From Hellea sp. (GTDB lineage: Bacteria > Pseudomonadota > Alphaproteobacteria > Caulobacterales > Maricaulaceae), in assembly GCA_020631215.1 (NCBI GenBank), contig JAHDHS010000008.1, positions 13,110-77,109 on the forward strand: DNA of 64,000 nucleotides. Direction: 5' to 3'. Shown piece after piece: positions 18,655-28,554 of this stretch (its first letter is position 1; each line of letters starts with the position of its first letter). The translations under genes and the position numbers were made by a program. The notes below the pieces were generated by a model. The model did not search any database. It saw only the letters and a program-made list of their open reading frames with translations, and was not told where the DNA came from.

Positions 18655-20769
18655 CTAGAAGCGGCCCGAGACCGTGAAACGGGCGCTCAGCGGCGCGCCG
18701 ACTGTGGCCTGATGGGTGCTGTGCGATGTCGGGAAATAAAGCTTGTCCGTCAGGTTTTCGATATTCACCTGCAAGCGCAAATCCTCGTGGACGTCATAAT
18801 AGGCCGCCGCATCAATCCGCGTGAAAGCGGGGAGGGTGGGATGTGTCGCCCGGTCATCAGAGCCGTCCAAATCAAAGTCGCTGATAAAGGCTTCATCCTG
18901 ATAGGTTGCGCCCAGACCCAGGCCGAACTTGTCGGTGACCTGAAAATTTGACCACACAGAGAACGTATTTTCCGGCAATTCGCGGGGGAGCTCATTGCCG
19001 TCATCGGTTTTCCCGCTCAGATTGGCATAGCCGGCCCGAAGATAGAGGCGGTCCGTGACCTGACCTTCGAGTTGAAGCTCAAAGCCGTCAATCTCCAGCC
19101 CGCGCCGTTCCAGATCTTCGGGCGCCCCGTCAGGGGCTGCGTCAATGGTTTGTTCGTTCTGGAAATAGGCTGCCGTGAAACTCAGGCCCGGCATGAAATC
19201 CCATTTCAGACCAGCTTCGAGGTTCTCAAAAATATCCGGCTCAAGCAAAGATGTGCTGTCATTCACAGACGCAAATTGTCCGCCCGAACGCGGCAGGAAG
19301 CTTTCGCTATAGCTGCCGTAAAGGGAGACATTTTCGCGGGGTTTGAAAACAAGCCCAAGGCGCGGTGATATTTCCTCATCCTTTCGGGAGAAGCGCTCAT
19401 CATTTAAAAGATTAACAGATTCAATATCGAAACTGTCAAACCGCGCGCCCAGTACGATGTCAAAATTGTCGGAAATGGCGATTTCATCCTGAATAAAGGC
19501 GGAGAAAATTTTGATGTCCGCTTCGGTCGCATCATTAGGATTGGAGAAATCAAGCGTGACAGGATCGCCCGCCGTATTAGTTCCAACGCCGCCAGACAGT
19601 GCGATCGGGCGCACGGCCACAAAATCTTCACGATCATTTCCGCTCGTGCTGAAGACAGGGTTGAAACGGTCATTGTCATTGGAAGTGTCGCGATATTCTA
19701 TCCCGGTCACGAGCGTATGGCCGATATTTCCGGTCTGAAACTCCCCGATCAAATTGCCGGAGAGATTCAGGCTTTTGCGCTGTGTCGTGTCGATATAGCC
19801 ATCCAGCGTAACCACATTGGTTTCAGGGTTATAGGCCTGCGCGTAGAAATTCTGATAAAGCTTGTCGTAATCGCCATAGGTGATGTTGAACACGCCTTTA
19901 AAGTCATGAGCGAAATTCTGCGTTAGAGTGGCGCGCAGCATATGCGCCTGAAACTCAGCTATGTTTAGCTCTGGATCACCGAATGTAATGTCCTGAAGAT
20001 CCTCGACCGGTCGGCCATTCGCGCCCGTCGGAATGCCTCTGTCGATGAAACGGTCATTGTCCACATATTCATAGGACAGATCGAGTGTACTGGACGGGCT
20101 CAGCTCAAAACGGGCCGTTGGGTTAATTGCGATACGATCTCCGTCATAGAAATCGCGATGGTTATTGAGGCTTTCATACGCTGCGTTGATACGAAATGCG
20201 GAATTGTCGCTTGTCGAAAAATTGCTGTCCAGCTCAACACCAAAGGCCCCAAATGTATCGATGGAGGCTTTATAGCCGGTGAATTGTTCACCAATTTGGC
20301 CCTTTTTTGTTACGCGATTGATCAACCCGCCTGTGCCGCCACGGCCAAAGAGCAGCGCATTGGCTCCGCGCAGGATTTCAACCTGCTCTACATTATAAAG
20401 ACCGCGGTAATATTGCACATCGTCACGCACGCCATCGACAAAGAAGTCCGCTGTTGAGCGTACGCCGCGAAAGACGACAGCATCGCGGTGACCTTCGCCT
20501 TGCGAATTGGTAACGCCGGGGATGTAATTAATAATGTCGCCTACGGAGTCAAAACCCTGATTGGTGATTTGATCCGCTGTGACAATGGATAAAGATTGCG
20601 GCACATCGATGATGGGCGTCGGGGATTTCAAGGCATTGACCTGATCCACATAGAGATATTTTCCAGTCACGACAATTTCGTCTATGGCTTTGTCTTCGGC
20701 CACGGCTTGAGCGGCTGGCAGCAAGGCCGCAGCCAGCGCAGCCAATGAGATGGATTTCCGGAAGGTCAT
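18655..20769 (-). CDS. TonB-dependent outer-membrane receptor (siderophore-type)
   Basis: 704 aa. Signal peptide ending AQAVA, TonB box DEIVVTG, plug motifs (RGANALLFGRGGTGGLIN), C-terminal barrel ending in F. Confidence 0.93.
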   Translation of the reverse strand: MTFRKSISLAALAAALLPAAQAVAEDKAIDEIVVTGKYLYVDQVNALKSPTPIIDVPQSLSIVTADQITNQGFDSVGDIINYIPGVTNSQGEGHRDAVVFRGVRSTADFFVDGVRDDVQYYRGLYNVEQVEILRGANALLFGRGGTGGLINRVTKKGQIGEQFTGYKASIDTFGAFGVELDSNFSTSDNSAFRINAAYESLNNHRDFYDGDRIAINPTARFELSPSSTLDLSYEYVDNDRFIDRGIPTGANGRPVEDLQDITFGDPELNIAEFQAHMLRATLTQNFAHDFKGVFNITYGDYDKLYQNFYAQAYNPETNVVTLDGYIDTTQRKSLNLSGNLIGEFQTGNIGHTLVTGIEYRDTSNDNDRFNPVFSTSGNDREDFVAVRPIALSGGVGTNTAGDPVTLDFSNPNDATEADIKIFSAFIQDEIAISDNFDIVLGARFDSFDIESVNLLNDERFSRKDEEISPRLGLVFKPRENVSLYGSYSESFLPRSGGQFASVNDSTSLLEPDIFENLEAGLKWDFMPGLSFTAAYFQNEQTIDAAPDGAPEDLERRGLEIDGFELQLEGQVTDRLYLRAGYANLSGKTDDGNELPRELPENTFSVWSNFQVTDKFGLGLGATYQDEAFISDFDLDGSDDRATHPTLPAFTRIDAAAYYDVHEDLRLQVNIENLTDKLYFPTSHSTHQATVGAPLSARFTVSGRF

Positions 20770-20960
20770 ATTTATGTCTTTCTATGCGTAGGCATTTGAT
20801 CCGCCCGCAATGTCCGGTCATTGACCGGGGTGTTGGTTTTTCTTTTGAGCGCCATTTCAATTCTGTCAGATGCGGATTGGACAGGTCTGTCCATCTGCAT
20901 CAACGCCGTGAAAAGTTCGGGACTGGCCTGCACGATCACTTATAAGCTCTACGATAGTTT

Positions 20961-20983
20961 TTGCGAATGGTTCTCATTTGCGA
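20961..20983. promoter_or_regulatory. Fur-box-like site 1 upstream of the TonB-dependent receptor
   Basis: TTGCGAATGGTTCTCATTTGCGA; the AATGGTTCTCATT core resembles the AATGATAATCATT core of the Fur consensus. Confidence 0.45.
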
Positions 20984-21015
20984 GGCCTATAGCGCCGTAA
21001 ATCGCGCTACGCAAC

Positions 21016-21034
21016 TGCAAATCATTCTCAAATA
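21016..21034. promoter_or_regulatory. Fur-box-like site 2 upstream of the TonB-dependent receptor
   Basis: TGCAAATCATTCTCAAATA; AATCATTCTC matches AATCATTATC of the Fur consensus at 9 of 10 positions. Confidence 0.5.
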
Positions 21035-21133
21035 GAGTTTTTTTGACGCAGGGCTATGAGATTAGCGGATGATGCCGCCTGAGACGGCAAATAATGAAAG
21101 CACGGGATTAGGGTTAAACCCTAAAGTCAGCGC

Positions 21134-22399
21134 CTAAGCATCAAGCGACGCCAGCCATTCCTTATAACGTTTGGTCTGGGCGGCGTTTTTCAGCTGCTGC
21201 TTTATGGTCGCAAATAGGGGGCTTTGTTTTTTATGCGGCGGTTTGCCGTCGCCCATGCGGTAGAGGTTCATCTTGGTCATCGCCATCAGCGCGAGCGCGC
21301 GATACATGGGGTTCTTCCAGCTCACTTCCGGCAGGGGTTGCTCCAGATTCTGCCCGGCTTGCCAGTCACCCGGCAGCTTCGCATTAAAGCCCATGGCCCG
21401 TGCAATGCCGATAATATCAACGCCCGCATCCGCCAAAGCCATTTCGGCGGTTTCCCGCTTCGTGACGCCGCCCGTCACCATCAGCGGCATTTGCGCCACA
21501 CCGGAAATCTCTTTGGCGAAATCAAAGAAATAAAGCTCGCGTTCCATAGTGCTGCTGACGCGGCCATCCGCCGACACACCCATCATGGCAGAGCTTTCAT
21601 AGCTGCCGCCAGATATTTCAACAAAATCCACGGCTTCACCGTTTAGCCACTGCACCACCTGTTTGGCATCACCGACGTCAAAGCCGCCGCGCTGGAAGTC
21701 GGCAGAGTTAAGTTTTACCGCGACGCCGAAACCGGGCTCAACGCGGGCGCGGACTTCACGGACGATCTCGAGCAGCAGGCGCGCGCGGTTCTCTAGCGGG
21801 CCGCCCCACTCATCTTCACGCAGATTGGTCAGGGGTGAGAGAAATTGCGCCACCAGATAACCGTGAGCGGCGTGAATCTGCACCCCGTCAAATCCGGCTC
21901 GCTCCGCCGCAAAGGCTGTATCGGCAAAGCGTTTGATGATCCCGCGAATTTCATCGCCCGTGAGCGCGCGAGCATGGGTAAACATCTTATCCGCCGGGCC
22001 CTCCATTTTCACTTTGGTAGCTGAGGCAGAAACGGGCTGTGTGCCCTGCGCGGCATAGACCTGGCGCCCCGGATGGCTGATTTGCATATAAAGCTTCGCG
22101 CCGCCGGACTTCCCCGCTTTGGCCCAACGTTCAAACCGGCCCTTCGCCTCATCGCTGGCGAGTGTCTCGCCGCCCAGATAGACGCCGCCCGGACCGGTCA
22201 TCGCATCGGGCGCGACCATGACATTTCCCGTCAGGATCAAGCCAACACCGCCCTCGGCCCATTGCTGATATAGATTGCGCAGTCCTTCGCCCGGTAATTG
22301 TCCGGGATCGGCCATGTTCTCTTCCATCGCCGCCTTGCACAGGCGGTTGGGGATGGTCTGTCCATTGGGCAGGGTGAATGGCGTAAATAATTCAGTCAT
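21134..22399 (-). CDS. NADH:flavin oxidoreductase (Old Yellow Enzyme family)
   Basis: 421 aa. LPNRLCKAAMEE, ISHPGRQ and IHAAHGYLVAQFLSP motifs of the OYE/2,4-dienoyl-CoA-reductase-like TIM barrel. Confidence 0.9.
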   Translation of the reverse strand: MTELFTPFTLPNGQTIPNRLCKAAMEENMADPGQLPGEGLRNLYQQWAEGGVGLILTGNVMVAPDAMTGPGGVYLGGETLASDEAKGRFERWAKAGKSGGAKLYMQISHPGRQVYAAQGTQPVSASATKVKMEGPADKMFTHARALTGDEIRGIIKRFADTAFAAERAGFDGVQIHAAHGYLVAQFLSPLTNLREDEWGGPLENRARLLLEIVREVRARVEPGFGVAVKLNSADFQRGGFDVGDAKQVVQWLNGEAVDFVEISGGSYESSAMMGVSADGRVSSTMERELYFFDFAKEISGVAQMPLMVTGGVTKRETAEMALADAGVDIIGIARAMGFNAKLPGDWQAGQNLEQPLPEVSWKNPMYRALALMAMTKMNLYRMGDGKPPHKKQSPLFATIKQQLKNAAQTKRYKEWLASLDA

Positions 22400-22421
22400 G
22401 AGCTATATCCTTTGGCCGCGC

Positions 22422-22667
22422 TTAATGCCGCGTCCGCAGCGCCTTGAAAAGCCCAAAAAGAGAGATGAGCAGCCATGCAATTTCGATCAGGGCAGCGGAT
22501 AGATTAAAATCAAAATATAGCGAAATCAGGATAAGCGCCGCCCCGATAGCGTTGGCGGCGGAATAACGCCAATCCTCGGCCGTCGTCTTGCCAAGCTGTA
22601 AGGCAATATAAGCGCTAAGAATAATGGTAACGCCGAAAAGGCCTGCAATATCAAAAATTGTCAGCAT
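22422..22667 (-). CDS. Small three-helix membrane protein (CBU_0592-like)
   Basis: 81 aa, hydrophobic. Overlaps the stop of the upstream GNAT gene by 7 nt. Confidence 0.55.
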   Translation of the reverse strand: MLTIFDIAGLFGVTIILSAYIALQLGKTTAEDWRYSAANAIGAALILISLYFDFNLSAALIEIAWLLISLFGLFKALRTRH

Positions 22668-23212
22668 TTCTCAGTTGATCCCGGGTTTGGCTGAGACCAG
22701 ACGAAACCTGTCCATTCCATTCCGTTAGCGATTGTATCGTAAAAAGCTGTGAAATCCAGCTCACGATTACGGGTCAAATTTAGACGCTTCATAACGGCCT
22801 GCGATGTCAAATTATCTGGTGAGGTATAGGACAATACGCGTTTTTCATTCGATAATTTCCAATAATGCGAAAGCGATAATTGTGCGGCCTTTGTCGCAAA
22901 GCCCTTTCCCCATGCTTTAGGTAAAAGTCGCCATCCAACTTCATCATGAGGCCCAAGAGATGGATGTGAGTCCAGTCTCTGCACACCCGCCATACCGATA
23001 ATATGGCTGCTTAGATTAGTAATGGCCCATCTACAAAATCCGTGTCTTTCATAGCAACGCATATATCTTTGCAGAGTAGAGCGGGCTTTGTCGGCATCCA
23101 AAGTTTGCCCAAAATCCCGCATGGCCTCAGGGTTAGCGTATATGTTTATCATGGCGTTCAAATCTGCCGCCTGCCAAGGCCTTAAGATAAACCCATCTCC
23201 ATTAAGCGTCAT
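22661..23212 (-). CDS. GNAT family N-acetyltransferase (RimJ/RimL-like)
   Basis: Start moved to the ATG at 23212 (MTLNGDGFILRPWQAADL...). ATGA overlap with the alkB stop. WGKGFATKAA acetyl-CoA pocket motif. Confidence 0.8.
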   Translation of the reverse strand: MTLNGDGFILRPWQAADLNAMINIYANPEAMRDFGQTLDADKARSTLQRYMRCYERHGFCRWAITNLSSHIIGMAGVQRLDSHPSLGPHDEVGWRLLPKAWGKGFATKAAQLSLSHYWKLSNEKRVLSYTSPDNLTSQAVMKRLNLTRNRELDFTAFYDTIANGMEWTGFVWSQPNPGSTEKC

Positions 23213-23856
23213 GGGTTTACCCGCCGCATGGTGAGATTGATCCGCCCGCCGCGCGGGACAAGGGCGGATTCGCCAAAGAAGATTTTGCTGACGCCGTGAT
23301 AACATCGCCGCGACGTCCCGCCCAGCACAACCACATCACCTGAAAAGAGCTTAATGCCTTGAGTTGGCCCGCCGCGCGTGGTGCCGCCAATGCGAAACAT
23401 GGCCGGATCACCCAGGCTGACCGACACAACAGGCGCGTTTAGCTCCAGCTCATCCTGATCGACATGCAGGCCCATACTGGTCTTTTGTTTGTGATACCAA
23501 TTGATCAGGCAGGCTTCGGGCGGGGCGGGCCAGCCGGAAACATCCTCCCAGAGCCTGGACAATAAATTCGGCAGGGGCGGCCAAGGCGCGCCGTTTTTCG
23601 GATGACGCGATTCATAACGATAACCGCCCTCTTTATCCGTGACCCAACCCAAAGAGCCAAAATTACTCATGACAACTGAAAGCGGCGTCCCTGTACGCGG
23701 CATGGTCGGCTGGTAAAACGGGGCTGTTACCACGCCCGCCTTCACAGCCTCAATCAAGGCGGCTTGCTCGTCCGGCGTAAAATAAAGCGGATAATGCACA
23801 AACCCCTCCGGGAAATCCCCTGCGGCTTTACTCTGCGGGCTGTGCGGCGCGGGCAT
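23209..23856 (-). CDS. alkB: Alpha-ketoglutarate-dependent dioxygenase AlkB
   Basis: ACLINWYHKQKTSMGLHVDQDE ... VSVSLG ... RRCYHGV ... RINLTMRRV, the AlkB HxD...H and RxNxTxR motifs. Start uncertain: ATG at 23856 or TTG at 23895. Both overlap the upstream gene. Confidence 0.88.
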   Translation of the reverse strand: MPAPHSPQSKAAGDFPEGFVHYPLYFTPDEQAALIEAVKAGVVTAPFYQPTMPRTGTPLSVVMSNFGSLGWVTDKEGGYRYESRHPKNGAPWPPLPNLLSRLWEDVSGWPAPPEACLINWYHKQKTSMGLHVDQDELELNAPVVSVSLGDPAMFRIGGTTRGGPTQGIKLFSGDVVVLGGTSRRCYHGVSKIFFGESALVPRGGRINLTMRRVNP

Positions 23857-24676
23857 TTGGGGTATTGTCAGTCGGTTGAGGGTGTTTACGCACAATCGGC
23901 CAGATCAGCTGTTCCCATATGCTCGTCTCGGGTAGGTTCTCCACACCATATTCCGCCGGGTATTGGCGCGTGATTTTCGCTGTCCCAAATAGAATATCCC
24001 AAAAGAACAGCATATTGCCGTAATTCCCATGATAATTGGTAATCCCGTCAGATTTATATTTCCCGTGATGGGCATTATGTGTGGCGGGGGTGCTGATGGT
24101 TCGTTCCACCACCCACATGACAGGGGAGAGCCATTTTATCTCATAGAGCTTTTTATCCCAGCGAATGTCGCTATGCGCGCCGAAGATGATGGTCATCTTC
24201 AATACCACATAAACCGCATAGACCCAGCCCAGCCCCAGAAAGATGAGTGCGCCTGAAAAATACAGCCCCGGCATGATCCAATAATAAAAGATATTATTTC
24301 GGTAGACGAGGCGGATGCTCATATATTCGCCATTATGATGCGGGCGGTGCAGCTTATAGAGCCAAGGGAAAGTGTGGCTGGCGCGGTGCAGCCAATATTG
24401 TGTCATATCGTCGAAGACAACAAACAGCAAAAAGCCTGCCCAAAATGGAATCTCCGCCAGTGCATTTTGATATTGCGGAAAGACCGCCAGACCCAGCGCA
24501 TACATCAGCAGCAGGATTTGCGGCTGCGTGACCAAGGTGATCATCAAAGTCCCAAGCAACTCCACCCAGCCATCGCCTTTGACCGACCCTTTCTTACGAA
24601 AGAAATTGGTGAACAGAATCTCGGCCAGAATAAAGGCCAAAAACACAGACACTACGGCAATCATTTCCGGCTTCAT
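23828..24676 (-). CDS. Fatty acid hydroxylase / sterol desaturase family membrane protein
   Basis: 282 aa. Histidine boxes HRASH, HRPHH, HNAHH. Confidence 0.85.
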   Translation of the reverse strand: MKPEMIAVVSVFLAFILAEILFTNFFRKKGSVKGDGWVELLGTLMITLVTQPQILLLMYALGLAVFPQYQNALAEIPFWAGFLLFVVFDDMTQYWLHRASHTFPWLYKLHRPHHNGEYMSIRLVYRNNIFYYWIMPGLYFSGALIFLGLGWVYAVYVVLKMTIIFGAHSDIRWDKKLYEIKWLSPVMWVVERTISTPATHNAHHGKYKSDGITNYHGNYGNMLFFWDILFGTAKITRQYPAEYGVENLPETSIWEQLIWPIVRKHPQPTDNTPNARAAQPAE

Positions 24677-24833
24677 ATTACCCCTGCCTCGGATAGGTTT
24701 ATTATCAGAAACTCACCCATAACCCGATGAAGCAGGCCTGTCTAATGGGTTATGAAAGCCTCGCGAAGTAAGGCAAGATATTGGGCCGCCACATGCAGGG
24801 CCGGAATATCTGTCTGGGCTGGCGTGGGCAGGC

Positions 24834-25361
24834 TTATATTTGGGCGGCTTTGAGGCCTTGCAGAATTAACTCTTCAGCTTTTTCACGTGATTCCCAGCCA
24901 AGAATTTTAACCCATTTATCTTTTTCAAGGTCTTTATAATGTTCAAAGAAATGCGGAATACGGTCTTGCATGACTTGGGGCAAATCCTGATAGGTTTTGA
25001 TATTGTCATAATAAGGCGTCAGTTTTGCATGTGGGACGGCGACAATTTTTTCGTCAATGCCGGCTTCATCTTCCATCATCAAGACGCCAACGGGGCGCGC
25101 GCGAAGTACAGCGCCGGGCATGAGGGCGCGATTGCCCACGACCAAAACATCAGTCGGGTCGCCATCATTGGACAGTGTATGCGGAATGAAGCCGTAATTG
25201 CAGGGATAAGTCATGGAGGTGTAAAGGAAGCGGTCAACAAACATCGCGCCGCTGGCTTTATCCATTTCATATTTAATCGGCTCGCCGCCCAGAGGCACTT
25301 CGATAATGACATTAATATCTGACGGCGGGTTCTCTCCAGCGGCGATTTTATTCATGTCCAT
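24834..25361 (-). CDS. ppa: Inorganic pyrophosphatase
   Basis: 175 aa. Family I PPase (EVPLGGEPIKYEMDK, YPCNYGFIPHTLSNDGDPTDVLV). Confidence 0.96.
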   Translation of the reverse strand: MDMNKIAAGENPPSDINVIIEVPLGGEPIKYEMDKASGAMFVDRFLYTSMTYPCNYGFIPHTLSNDGDPTDVLVVGNRALMPGAVLRARPVGVLMMEDEAGIDEKIVAVPHAKLTPYYDNIKTYQDLPQVMQDRIPHFFEHYKDLEKDKWVKILGWESREKAEELILQGLKAAQI

Positions 25362-25433
25362 GCTAATTTCCTTTGTGAGTGGCCCCTCAAAATACTTGCG
25401 CGCCTCTTAGCGTTCAAAGTTAGAATTGCAAGT

Positions 25434-26048
25434 CTACATCGTGCCCAGAACGGCCCATAGTCCGGAAATGATCATCACAATTCCGATGACCCAGTTAAAG
25501 GCCTTCGCCAGTTTCGGATCACGGAGCCACTGCTTTATGCGCTCTGCCCCATAGGCATAGGCGGCCAGGCCAAGCAGCTCGGTGGCGGTGACAGTCAGAA
25601 ACATAATCAGCACTTGCGGGGCCAGCGGCAAATCTGCGTTAAAATAAACTGGGAGCAATAAGCCGAAATAAACCAGCGGCATAGGCGAGGATATTTGGAG
25701 GGCCACCCCGCGTGAATAAAGCTTGCGTAAGGGCGGGGCGGTAACTCCTGCATCCGCATCCGGCAATGGGCCGAAAATGGTGGTCAAAGCGAGATAGAAA
25801 ATCACGATCAGGCCGACTATCTTCAGAGCCAGAAAGGCCCCTGGATATAGCGTGATCAGCGCCATGGCGCCCGATGCCGCCAGCGCCAGCCAAATGACAT
25901 TGGCGCTGGCAATCCCCAGCGCGGCGAGCATGGCAGGTTTAAATCCATAACGAAAGGCACTGGCGAGCACGAGCATAACCGCCGGGCCGGGCGTCAGCCC
26001 GCCTGCGAGGAACAGGGCGACCAATTTCAGCCAGGTTTCAAAATCCAT
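25434..26048 (-). CDS. LysE family amino-acid exporter
   Basis: Start moved to the ATG at 26048 (MDFETWLKLVALFLAGGLTPGPAVMLV, the LysE N-terminal motif). Confidence 0.82.
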   Translation of the reverse strand: MDFETWLKLVALFLAGGLTPGPAVMLVLASAFRYGFKPAMLAALGIASANVIWLALAASGAMALITLYPGAFLALKIVGLIVIFYLALTTIFGPLPDADAGVTAPPLRKLYSRGVALQISSPMPLVYFGLLLPVYFNADLPLAPQVLIMFLTVTATELLGLAAYAYGAERIKQWLRDPKLAKAFNWVIGIVMIISGLWAVLGTM

Positions 26049-26072
26049 AATGGGCTCAATCAAGGCGGTTGT

Positions 26073-26771
26073 GTGCCGCGCCTCATGACGCGGATTTATG
26101 GGTTTGTAAACCATGACTCTAAAGGCCCTACTAAGGCTGTTTTGCTATCAAGCCGGTCAACGCCAAACAGCGCGCACAGAAAGGCCGGATCTTTGTCGAC
26201 AGGGTTCACATTAAGCCGAACACAAGCTTTAATTTGCCTGATCGCGGGCGGGCTTTCGTCTGCGCTTGCCTTTGCTTGGCCAGACATCATGATCACGCTT
26301 CAGCCCCCGGACGCGAATGCAGATGATATGATATATGAAACGAGAGCGCCCCAGCCGGATTATAGCTGTATCATGGAGCGTGCCCGTCGCCATGTCGCCT
26401 TGGGCGAAGCCGAGCGCTTACCGGAATTTACGCCTGAGGAGGCGGTGGATTTAGACGCTTTGGCGGTGACGCCGCCTATGCTGGCTGACGCCTATTTTAC
26501 GGGGCGGCTGGAGGAGAGTTTAAAGCAATTGAGCGCGCATATACCAGCCAATCCGGGAGATGCCCGTAATGAGGCATTTGATAAATTACGCTGGATGAAA
26601 CGTAGCGCAGCTGAGGCGGCTGCGGGGGATTGTTTGCCAGAATCGGCCTTTGCCAATGAATATAATTTCCACCGGACGGGGCTGGCAAAAGCCTCTGTCA
26701 TGGAAGAGATTTCTGATGCGTATAAAGAGGCAAACAGGGTTCCGGATATTGAAGATGCGCTGCGGCGCTAA
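26073..26771 (+). CDS. Hypothetical protein, probably secreted; start uncertain
   Basis: Track ORF of 232 aa starting at GTG. An internal TTG at 26193, preceded by GAAAGG, would give a signal-peptide-like N-terminus (LSRTQALICLIAGGLSSALAFA). No family recognised. Stop overlaps the convergent tadD-like gene by 4 bp. Confidence 0.45.
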   Translation: MPRLMTRIYGFVNHDSKGPTKAVLLSSRSTPNSAHRKAGSLSTGFTLSRTQALICLIAGGLSSALAFAWPDIMITLQPPDANADDMIYETRAPQPDYSCIMERARRHVALGEAERLPEFTPEEAVDLDALAVTPPMLADAYFTGRLEESLKQLSAHIPANPGDARNEAFDKLRWMKRSAAEAAAGDCLPESAFANEYNFHRTGLAKASVMEEISDAYKEANRVPDIEDALRR

Positions 26772-27625
26772 TGTTTAAGTTTCGCCAGGTAATGCTCGAT
26801 ACGGGCATTATAAACCGGACTTAATTGATTGGCTTTCTCAAACAGTAAAAAAGCCAGTTTGGTGTCGTCCTGCGCGGCGGCGATGACCCCGGCATCCGAG
26901 AGGATCTGGCTGGCGCGCTCCCCGTCCAGCGCCTGTAAGGCCGGGGCATATTTCTTTTCCAGTAACAGGGCCAAACGGCGGTTATTGTCAAATTTCACAT
27001 CGGCGGGCGCTTGCAAAACGGCGCGCTGGAAATGTTCCAATGCTTGCGGGCGGCGGCCTTCCCTTAAAAAGGAAAGGCCCAGATTATTTTCTGTAATTCC
27101 GGCGCGCTGACCCGCCATTCCGGCCATGACATAGGCCTCGCGCGCGTCTTTGTGGCGGGCGGCTTCGTCCAAAACGCGCCCCAACATATTCCAAAGCCGT
27201 CCATCATTTGGGCTGGTTTTCAGGCGGTGACGCAGGGCGGCTTCAGGGTGATCCGTTTCAGATTTGATAACCGCACATAGCACTTCGCCATTGCGGGCCT
27301 CTTCAGACGTCAATTGGCGATAGAGCGTCTGGGCGATATCCACCTGCCCCAATGCCAAAGCTGAATTGGCATAACCCAGCGCAGCTTCGTCCTGATTGCG
27401 GTCATGCAAATAGACATAGCGGTAAGCGGCCAACGCCGCCTTATAGTCACCGGATTTATAGGCGCTTTCCGCCTGCATGAACTGGCTAAGCACATCAAAA
27501 ACATCGGTTGAACTTTGCTCCACGGCCCGGACGTCAAGCTCTCCCAGATCTTTGGCTAGCGCCAATGGCACGGCGCTCACAACCAGCAGGGCAGGGAGTA
27601 AGATGTGTCTAAAGACCCAGGCCAT
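26768..27625 (-). CDS. TPR-repeat protein, TadD-like, last gene of the Tad operon
   Basis: 285 aa. Signal peptide (LLVVSAVPLALA) and TPR repeats. Overlaps the tadC stop. Confidence 0.7.
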   Translation of the reverse strand: MAWVFRHILLPALLVVSAVPLALAKDLGELDVRAVEQSSTDVFDVLSQFMQAESAYKSGDYKAALAAYRYVYLHDRNQDEAALGYANSALALGQVDIAQTLYRQLTSEEARNGEVLCAVIKSETDHPEAALRHRLKTSPNDGRLWNMLGRVLDEAARHKDAREAYVMAGMAGQRAGITENNLGLSFLREGRRPQALEHFQRAVLQAPADVKFDNNRRLALLLEKKYAPALQALDGERASQILSDAGVIAAAQDDTKLAFLLFEKANQLSPVYNARIEHYLAKLKH

Positions 27626-28544
27626 CTTTCATCCTTATCCCGGCGGGCAATAACAACATGATCATGATTGTCGGAAAGATAAACATGATCAGAGGCACGG
27701 TAAGTTTCGCCGACAGACCCATCGCTTTTTCCTCTGCCCGCATCATACGTTTATGACGCATTTCATCGGCAAAACTGCGCAAGGCCTGTCCGATTGAGCT
27801 ACCCATTTCTTCGGCCTGTTTTAACATCACGGCCAGAGCTTTGGCCTCTTCAAGATTAATGCGATTGGCAAAATTAAGCATGGCTTCGTGACGGTTTCGT
27901 CCCGCCCGCAATTCCAAATTCATGATCTCAAGATTGATCTTCAAAGCCGGATAGCGCCCGCCAAGTTCATGGCTGACCCGGACCAAAGCCGCGTCCAGCC
28001 CAAGGCCGGCTTCAATACAGGCGACCATCAAATCCATCATATCCGGAAAGCCGCGGCGGCATTGATCTGTGCGTTTCTTGATTTTCCATCTGACAAACCA
28101 TGTGGGTGCGAAGAGGCCAATCGCGGCTATTGTCAGGATGGTGAGCACTGCCCCGCCAATCGAAAGCTTTGCGGAGATAGGCCCCCATAAGAGTAAGGCA
28201 AACAGGACGGGCCCGAAAAGGCTGACTAATCTGACGGCCAAAAAGGTTTTAACAGATGATTGGTCATAATATCCGGCTTGACCCAGCATGAACCGAAGAC
28301 GCGTAATTTCCTTGGCGTCAGGCAAAGTCAGATGGCTTCCTAATTGCGTCAGAAGATTTGCCTTTTTGCGGCTGGAGGCGATTCCGCCATTGCCTTCGCC
28401 CTCTAAAACAGCGCCGCCTGCGAGCCGTTCTTCCAGTCTGCGCGAGTTTAATAAAACGCTGCGGATCGCGATCATGATCAGGCCCATCGAGACGGCCATA
28501 AAAGTCAGGGATGCGAGAATAGTTAAGGAGTTTTCAAAATGCAT
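27609..28544 (-). CDS. tadC: Tad/Cpa pilus inner-membrane platform protein TadC (T2SS F family)
   Basis: 311 aa, GspF-like repeat and TM topology. Follows tadB. Confidence 0.85.
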   Translation of the reverse strand: MHFENSLTILASLTFMAVSMGLIMIAIRSVLLNSRRLEERLAGGAVLEGEGNGGIASSRKKANLLTQLGSHLTLPDAKEITRLRFMLGQAGYYDQSSVKTFLAVRLVSLFGPVLFALLLWGPISAKLSIGGAVLTILTIAAIGLFAPTWFVRWKIKKRTDQCRRGFPDMMDLMVACIEAGLGLDAALVRVSHELGGRYPALKINLEIMNLELRAGRNRHEAMLNFANRINLEEAKALAVMLKQAEEMGSSIGQALRSFADEMRHKRMMRAEEKAMGLSAKLTVPLIMFIFPTIMIMLLLPAGIRMKDGLGL

Positions 28545-28554
28545 TTTTGCCTCC

